From a virus, in the IMG/VR virus record IMGVR_UViG_3300045988_098704: 42,457 nucleotides of DNA; one strand, 5' to 3'. Both the position numbers and the translations under genes were made by a program. The notes under the pieces were generated by a model, which searched no databases, was not told where the DNA came from, and saw nothing but the letters and a program-made list of their open reading frames with translations. The stretch's first letter is position 1. Each line of letters starts with the position of its first letter. Of the stretch, positions 1 to 6,475 are shown piece after piece.

Positions 1-55
1 GGGTGGCGGCGGCCAACCGGGCCAAAGCGGACGTGTATCTGTCCATCCACCACAA
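1..55. repeat. Terminal direct repeat, left copy (identical to 42403-42457); an assembly overlap indicating a circular or circularly permuted molecule
   Basis: Direct comparison: gggtggcggcggccaaccgggccaaagcggacgtgtatctgtccatccaccacaa occurs at both ends. Confidence 0.9.
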
Positions 56-1283
56 CGCCGGAATCAACGGAGGCTCCGGCGGCGGCATCGTGGCCTATGT
101 GGCCCCAAGCCACCAGCGGCAGAGCGAGGTGGTGCGGGACGCGGCGTACCGCTATACCGTGGCGGCCACCGGCCTGCGGGGCAACCGGGCACAGCCGCTG
201 GCGGAGCAGAGCCTGTATGTGCTCAACTACACCACCATGCCCGCCACCCTGATCGAGCTGGGGTTTATGGACTCGACCAATGACACCCCCATCATCCTGA
301 CGGAGCAGTTTGCCGACCAGGCGGCGGCCGGGCTGGCGGCGGCGCTGGTGGAGGTGTATGACCTCCAGACCAAGGGCGGCGGGCAGGTCCTGTTGACCGC
401 GGTCCCGGCGGGAGATCTGACGGTGGAGCTGGTGGACCGGCCCAAGGGGGAGTGCGGCGACAACTGCGCCAACGCGGGCTATTTCGCCAACTACTCCGAG
501 GCGGGGGAGCCGTTCACCCTGCCCGTGGGCCATCTGGTGGGGGACTACAAGGCCGCAGGCAAGTGGACGCGGCACTACTGCCAGGAGCGCGGGCGGTTCC
601 AGTGGGACCGGTTCACGTTTGACGCTGGCCGGTGGGTCTATGCCAACCCTATGTACGGGAAGGCGATCTCCACTCTGCTGATCTCTGGCGGCAAGGCCCG
701 GGTGGAGGAGATCCGGACGGTGCCGGAGGGGACGGACTACGCCGTGTCCGGCATCCCTGTGCTGCGGGACGGGAAGGCCTGCACCACCGCCCAGGCCAAG
801 GGGCAGGGCTGGGATACCTCTCCGCTGCGGGCCACCTGGCACACGCTGGTGGGCCTCAAGGGGGACGGCATGGTGGTGTACGTCATGGGGTGGCAGTCCA
901 GGACAACAAATCTGCTGGACAGCGGCGAGGCCGCCCGGGTGTTCCGGGGGCTGGGCTTTACCGACGTGCTCAAGCTGGACGGCGGCGGGAGCTACTACCA
1001 GAGCCGGGACGGGGCGGTCTCCAAGACCGCAGAAAACCGGCGGATCAACAGCGTACTGCGCTGGAAGGCGAGAGAGGAGGAGCCGGAGTTGACGGAGGAA
1101 CAGGCATGGTTTGACCGGATGATGGAGGACTGGATGGCCCGCAAGGCCAAGGAGCCCGCCAGCCAGTGGGCCCAGGAGGGCCTGGAGCAGGCCAAGGCCA
1201 AAGGCATCACCGACGGGACCAGACCACGCGGCTTTGCGACCCGGGAAGAGGTTGCACTGATGGTCAATAAGGCGGTTGAGTAA
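3..1283 (+). CDS. Endolysin, remainder: end of amidase_3 domain, NAGPA-like phosphodiester glycosidase domain (LKLDGGGS motif), C-terminal SLH-like motif. Full product is about 494 aa when circularised
   Basis: ORF track 3..1283. Motifs LSIHHNAG, ELGFMDS (amidase_3), HTLVGLKGDGMVVYVMG...VLKLDGGGSYY (NAGPA-like), WAQEGLEQAKAKGITDGTRPRGFATREEVALMV (SLH-like). Confidence 0.85.
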   Translation: MAAANRAKADVYLSIHHNAGINGGSGGGIVAYVAPSHQRQSEVVRDAAYRYTVAATGLRGNRAQPLAEQSLYVLNYTTMPATLIELGFMDSTNDTPIILTEQFADQAAAGLAAALVEVYDLQTKGGGQVLLTAVPAGDLTVELVDRPKGECGDNCANAGYFANYSEAGEPFTLPVGHLVGDYKAAGKWTRHYCQERGRFQWDRFTFDAGRWVYANPMYGKAISTLLISGGKARVEEIRTVPEGTDYAVSGIPVLRDGKACTTAQAKGQGWDTSPLRATWHTLVGLKGDGMVVYVMGWQSRTTNLLDSGEAARVFRGLGFTDVLKLDGGGSYYQSRDGAVSKTAENRRINSVLRWKAREEEPELTEEQAWFDRMMEDWMARKAKEPASQWAQEGLEQAKAKGITDGTRPRGFATREEVALMVNKAVE

Positions 1284-1304
1284 GATAGAAAGGACGTGAC
1301 AGTG

Positions 1305-1559
1305 ATGAACGCAAGAGGGAAGATACCAGAATCTCTGAGGTCTCTTTTGCGTTCAGAACTTGAGAAAGCGATTTATGAGGCTGCTTTACACCGGGATGAT
1401 GACCTGATTGCCCGGAGATATATGATCGACAAGTGGGCGCAGGCTGACATTGCGGCGGAACTTGGGTGGGAACGGTCCACCATATCGCGGCACATCCCAC
1501 ATATTTTTGAAGAGGTAGGCCGAGCTGCGGCAAGAATCACACAAATTGATCACAAGTAA
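1305..1559 (+). CDS. Small HTH protein resembling sigma-70 region 4 / DNA-binding regulator
   Basis: ORF 1296..1559. AAAGGA SD at 1289-1294 favours the GTG at 1302 or the ATG at 1305. IARRYMIDKWAQADIAAELGWERSTISRHI looks like a region-4 type HTH. Confidence 0.7.
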   Translation: MNARGKIPESLRSLLRSELEKAIYEAALHRDDDLIARRYMIDKWAQADIAAELGWERSTISRHIPHIFEEVGRAAARITQIDHK

Positions 1560-1566
1560 CACACTC

Positions 1567-1601
1567 CCCCTGCTGGAACGCCGCCCAGCAGGGGATTTTT
1601 T
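1567..1601 (+). terminator. Rho-independent terminator
   Basis: cccctgctgg / ccagcagggg 10-bp stem, 8-nt loop, followed by a T6 run. Confidence 0.8.
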
Positions 1602-1619
1602 GTGCGAAAATATAGCCAT

Positions 1620-1685
1620 GGAGGACGTGGGGATATAGGGTTGGTACACGTCGCCGCCCTCCCCACGATCCTCCTTTGATTTTTG
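1620..1685 (+). terminator. Second long GC-rich hairpin followed by a T-tract (terminator or attenuator-like leader upstream of the cargo operon)
   Basis: 1620-1633 ggaggacgtgggga pairs with 1660-1674 tccccacgatcctcc (14 bp, one bulge), followed by tttgattttt. Confidence 0.45.
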
Positions 1686-1704
1686 AAAAAGGACGTGTGT
1701 GGAT

Positions 1705-1851
1705 ATGACCATGATCGAGCGGCTGATTGCCGCAGGAATGACACAGGAGTGCGCCGCTGAGACAGCTATGTGGTTCAAAGCCCAGGGGGATGACGATGGC
1801 CTTGAGGCTTATGTGATCGCACTGGAGGCCAGCCATGTGGGCCAGGCATAA
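1705..1851 (+). CDS. Hypothetical small protein (48 aa)
   Basis: Not in the ORF track (<60 aa). AAGGA SD, then ATG at 1705. Translation MTMIERLIAAGMTQECAAETAMWFKAQGDDDGLEAYVIALEASHVGQA. Overlaps the next start by 17 nt. Confidence 0.4.
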   Translation: MTMIERLIAAGMTQECAAETAMWFKAQGDDDGLEAYVIALEASHVGQA

Positions 1852-2212
1852 CGAGAACCCCGACGGGCGAAACGTGGGAGACTGCACTGTTCGGGCCATC
1901 TCCACGGCCCTGAAACAGAACTGGGAGACAACGTATGTAGGGCTGTCTCTGCAAGGCTTCCTGATGGGCGATATGCCGTCGGCGAACCATGTTTGGGGCG
2001 CATACCTCCGAGAGATGGGCTTCCGGCGGGCCGTTATCCCCGACGAGTGCCCAGACTGTTACACGGTGGCGGATTTCGCCGCAGAGCACCCCAGCGGCAC
2101 CTATATCCTGTCCCTGTCCGGTCATGTGGTGTGCGTCATGGACGGGGACTATTACGACACCTGGGACTCCGGCGGGGAGGTCCCTCTCTATTACTGGTGT
2201 AAGGAGGAATGA
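1835..2212 (+). CDS. Hypothetical protein with a Cys...His...Asp arrangement suggestive of a papain-like/C39-like fold
   Basis: ORF track. GDCTVRAIS (Cys) and SGHVVCVMDGDYYDTWD (His, Asp). Confidence 0.65.
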   Translation: MWARHNENPDGRNVGDCTVRAISTALKQNWETTYVGLSLQGFLMGDMPSANHVWGAYLREMGFRRAVIPDECPDCYTVADFAAEHPSGTYILSLSGHVVCVMDGDYYDTWDSGGEVPLYYWCKEE

Positions 2213-2215
2213 CCC

Positions 2216-2653
2216 ATGAGCTACCCATATTACAGCGGCTATCAGCAACCGCAGTTTTACCAGCCGCCCATGCCGGACCAGCTAGCCCAGCTCCGGGGGG
2301 CGCAGTACCAACCCCAGCAATCGCCCCAGCAGGCCGGCGGGCAGAGCATGGTGTGGGTGTCCGGGGAGCAGGAGGCCATGGGCTATCTGGTGGCACCCAA
2401 CTCCGCTGTAGCCCTGTGGGACAGCAACGCCCCCACCATCTACCTCAAGCAGGCGGACGCATCTGGAAAGCCGTCTATCAAGGTATTTGACCTTGTGGAG
2501 CGCACCAGCGTCCCGAGGGCAGAACAACCACCCCAGGGCATAGAGTTTGCCACCAAAGCAGACTTGGAGGCGCTTGCGGCCCGTGTGGAGGCTCTTACCG
2601 CAGAAAAAAAGCCCGCGAAGCGGGCGGCAAAGGAGGAACCGGACAATGGGTAA
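2216..2653 (+). CDS. Hypothetical protein with Q/P/Y-rich N-terminus and a conserved-looking core
   Basis: AAGGAGG SD, ATG at 2216. MSYPYYSGYQQPQFYQPPMP... followed by the globular-looking core VWVSGEQEAMGYLVAPNSAVALWDSNAPTIYLK. Confidence 0.8.
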   Translation: MSYPYYSGYQQPQFYQPPMPDQLAQLRGAQYQPQQSPQQAGGQSMVWVSGEQEAMGYLVAPNSAVALWDSNAPTIYLKQADASGKPSIKVFDLVERTSVPRAEQPPQGIEFATKADLEALAARVEALTAEKKPAKRAAKEEPDNG

Positions 2654-2870
2654 TCCCTTTTTCGGCATCATGGGCGGCGGTGGCCGTCCCAACATGATGC
2701 ATCAGTTCCAGCAGTTCATGAGCCAGATGCAGGGCAAGGACCCCAACGCCATCATCAATGAGATGGTTCAGAGCGGGAAGCTCTCGCAGGACCAGCTGAA
2801 CCAGGCCCAGCAGAAGGCCCGGCAGATGCAGGGGATGTTTGAACCCCTCCGAGGGATGTTTGGGAAATGA
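2646..2870 (+). CDS. Hypothetical Gly/Met/Gln-rich small protein (74 aa)
   Basis: ATG at 2646 overlaps the upstream stop (ATGGGTAA). In frame with ORF 2547..2870. MGNPFFGIMGGGGRPNMMHQFQQFMSQMQ... Confidence 0.6.
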   Translation: MGNPFFGIMGGGGRPNMMHQFQQFMSQMQGKDPNAIINEMVQSGKLSQDQLNQAQQKARQMQGMFEPLRGMFGK

Positions 2871-2967
2871 GCAAAGTGTACTTTAAATATTTGCTCTAAA
2901 AGTTGCAAGTTAGTCTCAAAATCCGTGGCCACGGTTTTGAAAATAAATCTACAAAGGAGATAAAGCA

Positions 2968-3702
2968 ATGAGTCTTTCTTCTGACGGCACTGTGATGACC
3001 ATGCCCGTTCAGCCCGCCTATCAGGGCAACGGAAACGGTATGTGGGGCGGCGATTGGTCCAGCTGGATCATCCTGTTCCTGATTTTCGGCCTGTTCGGCG
3101 GCTGGGGTAACGGCTTCGGCGGCTTCGGCGGACAGAACGGCGGTGTAGGCTCCGAGGTGCAGCGTGGCTTTGACCACTCCGCCGTTGTGACCAAGCTGGA
3201 CGGCATCACCCAGGGCATTTGTGACAGCACCTATGCCATCACCAACTCCCTAACCAACGGGTTCAACAACACCAACATGGGCATGATGCAGGGCTTCAAC
3301 GGCGTGGAGCGCGGCTTCTGCAACCTGTCCGCCCAACTTGCGGATTGCTGCTGCGGCACCCAGCGGGCCATTGACGGCGTGCGCTACGACATGGCCGCCC
3401 AGGCCTGCGACACCCGCAATACCATCCAGACCACCACCCGGGACATCATCGACAACCAGAACGCCAACTCCCGGGCCATCCTCGACGCGCTGAACCAGAA
3501 CTACATCCGTTCTCTGGAGAGCGAGAACCAGGGCCTGAAGCTGGCGGCCTCCCAGGCCAACCAGAACGCCGTCCTGATGGCTGCTATGGACGCCAACAAG
3601 GCGGAGATCTTGCGCCGCACCGGAGCTGAGTGCCCCACCCCCGCCTACTGGGTCAATCCTCCCACCCCCGTGCAGGTCCCCTGCGGCGGCTGCAACTGCT
3701 AA
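2968..3702 (+). CDS. Hypothetical membrane protein: Gly/Trp/Phe-rich segment flanking one TM helix, Asn/Gln-rich coiled region, 10 Cys including CCC and C-terminal CGGCNC
   Basis: AAGGAG SD, ATG at 2968. WSSWIILFLIFGLFGGWGNGFGGFGG; ADCCCGTQ; PCGGCNC. Confidence 0.8.
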   Translation: MSLSSDGTVMTMPVQPAYQGNGNGMWGGDWSSWIILFLIFGLFGGWGNGFGGFGGQNGGVGSEVQRGFDHSAVVTKLDGITQGICDSTYAITNSLTNGFNNTNMGMMQGFNGVERGFCNLSAQLADCCCGTQRAIDGVRYDMAAQACDTRNTIQTTTRDIIDNQNANSRAILDALNQNYIRSLESENQGLKLAASQANQNAVLMAAMDANKAEILRRTGAECPTPAYWVNPPTPVQVPCGGCNC

Positions 3703-3838
3703 AATCCCATAGCGCTTGACTATTTCCATTTTGGAAATTGTTCGGCCCCGTGCCGATCTCAACAACAGCGGCGGGGCAGTAGCCTCGCCGTTTATTTTAA
3801 CCGGGTCGATTTCGACCCCTTTAGAAAGGACTGATATC

Positions 3839-4258
3839 ATGGCTGAATATGCAAATCCCGCCATCGTCAATGTAACCCCCGGCCAGAACGTCCCTCTGCT
3901 GGATGTGATCGGCGGCAACTGCGGCATCGTGCATCGTGGCGGCAGTGGGCTCATCACGCTGCGCGGCAATACCAACCAGTGCAAGGCCCGGTACCGGGTA
4001 GCCTTTGGCGCGAATATCGCCATCCCCGAGGGCGGCACCGTCGAGGCCATTACCGCCGCCCTTGCTATCAATGGTGAGGCGCTGACCACCGCTACCGCTA
4101 CCGTCACCCCGGCGGCGGCCGAGAACTTTTTCAATATCTATGTGTCCGCGTCTGTGGAGGTCCCCCGCGGCTGCTGCGTGACCGTGGCGGCCCGGAACAC
4201 CAGCACCCAGGCTGTTGACTTTGCCAACAGTAACATGGAAGTCGTGCGGACGGCCTGA
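3839..4258 (+). CDS. Hypothetical beta-rich 139-aa protein. Its sequence pattern resembles single-domain C1q/TNF-like jelly rolls (BclA C-terminal / BxpB-ExsFA type)
   Basis: AAAGGA SD, ATG at 3839, in frame with ORF 3716..4258. GLITLRG..ARYRVAFGANIAIPEGG..ALAINGEAL...VTVAARNTSTQAVDFANSNMEVVR. Confidence 0.7.
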   Translation: MAEYANPAIVNVTPGQNVPLLDVIGGNCGIVHRGGSGLITLRGNTNQCKARYRVAFGANIAIPEGGTVEAITAALAINGEALTTATATVTPAAAENFFNIYVSASVEVPRGCCVTVAARNTSTQAVDFANSNMEVVRTA

Positions 4259-4272
4259 AAGGAGAGGATAGC

Positions 4273-4689
4273 ATGAAAGCACTGTATGATCTGAAGGAGA
4301 TGCTGTCGGCGGAGCTGGAGGAGATCGCCCGCAAGCCTGAGATGTCCGCTGGGGACCTGGAGACCGTCCACAAGCTGACTGACACTATTAAGAACATCGA
4401 CAAGATCTGCGCCCTGGAGGAGGACGGCGGCTATTCTGAAGCCGGAGACTGGGAGGGAGATTATGGCCGTGGCTCCAGCTATGCAAACCGTGGCAAGCAT
4501 TATGTCCGTGGCCATTACTCCAGAGATGGGCGTGGTGGTTACGGCCGTGACGGGCGGATGGGCGGATATAGCCGGCATGATGCCAAAGAGGCCATGATGG
4601 AGCAGGCCCGCGGTATGATGGATAGCGCGACCAGCGAGCGTGAGCGTGAGGCGATCCGCCGGTTTATGGCTGAGCTGGAGCGGGACTGA
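4273..4689 (+). CDS. Hypothetical protein with helical ends and a central RGG/GY-rich disordered segment
   Basis: AAAGGAGAGG SD, ATG at 4273. GYSRDGRGGYGRDGRMGGYSRHD. Confidence 0.8.
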   Translation: MKALYDLKEMLSAELEEIARKPEMSAGDLETVHKLTDTIKNIDKICALEEDGGYSEAGDWEGDYGRGSSYANRGKHYVRGHYSRDGRGGYGRDGRMGGYSRHDAKEAMMEQARGMMDSATSEREREAIRRFMAELERD

Positions 4690-4704
4690 TAGGGGGTGCC
4701 CCCT

Positions 4705-5076
4705 TTGCTTGACCGCAAAGAGATAGACATCGAGATTGCCCGCCTAGAATATGGTGAGAGCAGTTATCCCGCCTATGCAAAACTGGCTGACCTATATACC
4801 ATCCGAAACCAGATGGATCGAGCAGAATCACCGGATTTAGGTAGTTATGAGCAGGAGCGCTCTGCTGCATCGTCATCTGGCTATGAACTCCCAATAGATG
4901 GGGACAGTGAGTTCCTGCAGGCGGTGTCTGGACGAGACGCTTCTGGAGTGTGGTCTATCATAGATGACCTAATGGATACACTGCACGCCGTAAACCCGAG
5001 GGTTTATGCTGGGGTTATGAGGAAAATTTATTCATTGCAAACCAAGCACGAGAACCCTCATCAATCAGGGAGATAG
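4705..5076 (+). CDS. Hypothetical protein (last gene of the cargo island)
   Basis: ORF 4696..5076. The GTG at 4696 overlaps the AGGGGG SD, so the TTG at 4705 (9-nt spacing) is the likelier start. Confidence 0.6.
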   Translation: MLDRKEIDIEIARLEYGESSYPAYAKLADLYTIRNQMDRAESPDLGSYEQERSAASSSGYELPIDGDSEFLQAVSGRDASGVWSIIDDLMDTLHAVNPRVYAGVMRKIYSLQTKHENPHQSGR

Positions 5077-5085
5077 GCGAAAATG

Positions 5086-5107
5086 TTCCACCACCTTTTC
5101 CACCACC
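5086..5107 (+). repeat. Two direct copies of TTCCACCACC (12-bp period); candidate integrase arm-type sites, left arm of attP
   Basis: ttccaccacc at 5086-5095 and 5098-5107. The same motif pair recurs at 5321-5342. Confidence 0.45.
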
Positions 5108-5161
5108 TAATGCATCCAAATAGGCTGTTTTCAGTTTTTTAAGCTAGCCAAAGATAGGCAC

Positions 5162-5210
5162 AAAAAATCCCCGAAACACTTGGTAGTCAAGGCGTTTCGG
5201 GGATTTCTTT
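5162..5210. terminator. Bidirectional rho-independent terminator between the cargo island and the int region
   Basis: A6 run, then tccccgaaac / gtttcgggga 10-bp stem, then tttctttgtt. Confidence 0.7.
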
Positions 5211-5233
5211 GTTGCTACTCATAAGTAGCGATT

Positions 5234-5261
5234 TGGTGGAGACAACAGAACTCGAATCAGA
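5234..5261 (-). other. Candidate attP core: the minus strand reads like the 3' end of a tRNA gene (T-loop TTCGAGT, 5-nt T-stem, 7-nt acceptor, discriminator A, CCA)
   Basis: Reverse complement of 5234-5258 is GATTCGAGT TCTGT TGTCTCC A CCA, with exact tRNA 3'-end spacing. The matching 5' T-stem is absent, so this is a fragment and not a tRNA gene. Confidence 0.4.
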
Positions 5262-5303
5262 ATAGTTTAAATATGCAATCCATTGGGACTCTAGGCGAAT
5301 CCG

Positions 5304-6377
5304 CTATCCTACTTTCACATTTCCACCAGGTTTTCCACCACTACCATCAAGAAGGGCGATACTTTTGTGCAGAGTTTCACTGTCTTTGTGCGTATAAATA
5401 TTTGCTGTTGTTTGAATATCAGCGTGGCCCATCAACTCCTTTGCCACGTTGATAGACACTCCAGCGCGCTGGAGATCTGTGCAGAAGGTATGTCGCAGAC
5501 AATATGGAGTGAGGTCATCAGCAACAGGGCCGGACTCCTCTTCCATCTCTCTGATGAAACTGTTCCACATCCGCCTCATGCTGCTTTCGTTTTGCACAGT
5601 CCCGGCCTTGGTGGGGAATACCAATGAGAACGGTTTCCCGCGGGACCCCAAGAGGCGTGGAAGCAGAGCGGCGTGTATTGGAATGTCCCGGACACCGGAG
5701 GCGGTCTTAGGGCCTTTGATGGTTCGGCTTCCGCTTTCTTTGGCGGCATGAACGTGGATCTCATTATGCTCAAAATCCACATCAGCCCAGGTAAGTGCAG
5801 CGGTTTCTCCCGGACGCATTCCGGTATAGAGCAGGGTGAGTATCCACAATCCAGCCCTGTGATGTTGAGAAATTCTCAAGATTGCAGTTCGTTCTTCCTC
5901 CGTGATAGAGCGCCGTCGGCCCTTCGTGACAGTTGGCAGAGACAGAAGCTCCGCGGGATCGTATGGGATCAGGCGAGACTGACGGGCCCGCTTAAACATC
6001 TCCTGCAACAGCATCCTCAGTTTTTTTACATGGGATGCGGACCGGCCGGCTTCTCCATTTAAGATCCGCTGAAGGTGGACATCGCGCACATCTTTTAATT
6101 TCATGTGACCAATAGAGCCTCTGATGTACCCATTATATTTTTCGTCGTACATGGCCAGAGATTTTTCGGTCAAGCCCTTCGGTTTTTTGTACAGCTCCAT
6201 CCACTGCTTATACCAGGCGTTGACCGTCATGGATCCTGATACGATCTCTTCTCCCCTTTTGACCACCGACAGCTTTTCCGCCAGCTTGGTCATGGCCTCC
6301 AGTTCGGTTTTTCCTGTGGCCTCATACTTCTTCCCGTTGTACCGGGCGGTTTTTCGGATGTATTCGCCCATTGACAA
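5304..6377 (-). CDS. int: Tyrosine recombinase / phage integrase
   Basis: 357-aa ORF. RPGETAAL, CLRHTFCTDL, LMGHADIQTTANIYTH (R..HxxR..Y catalytic signature). GGAGG SD. Confidence 0.95.
   Translation of the reverse strand: MSMGEYIRKTARYNGKKYEATGKTELEAMTKLAEKLSVVKRGEEIVSGSMTVNAWYKQWMELYKKPKGLTEKSLAMYDEKYNGYIRGSIGHMKLKDVRDVHLQRILNGEAGRSASHVKKLRMLLQEMFKRARQSRLIPYDPAELLSLPTVTKGRRRSITEEERTAILRISQHHRAGLWILTLLYTGMRPGETAALTWADVDFEHNEIHVHAAKESGSRTIKGPKTASGVRDIPIHAALLPRLLGSRGKPFSLVFPTKAGTVQNESSMRRMWNSFIREMEEESGPVADDLTPYCLRHTFCTDLQRAGVSINVAKELMGHADIQTTANIYTHKDSETLHKSIALLDGSGGKPGGNVKVG
5321..5342 (+). repeat. Two further direct copies of TTCCACCA(G/C) (12-bp period) inside the int 3' end; candidate right-arm sites of attP
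   Basis: ttccaccagg at 5321-5330 and ttccaccact at 5333-5342. Confidence 0.4.
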
Positions 6378-6390
6378 TGCCTCCTATTCA

Positions 6391-6432
6391 TTTTAAAATA
6401 GAAGGGCAGAGTGCCTGTCAAAGCTTCTGCCC
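6391..6432 (-). terminator. Hairpin with T-tract downstream of the zinc-ribbon membrane protein gene (minus strand)
   Basis: gggcaga / tctgccc stem at 6404-6432. The minus strand continues ttctattttaaaa. Confidence 0.45.
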
Positions 6433-6475
6433 CCTTTCCTCGTCCGGTGTTGGTAGCACTTGGCGGGGATTTTTA

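Noticed and set aside
5234-5261. Possible intact tRNA gene downstream of int.
   Set aside because: Only the T-loop-to-CCA portion is tRNA-like. No complementary T-stem 5' strand, anticodon arm or D-arm could be folded from the flanking sequence, so it is interpreted as an attP core fragment.
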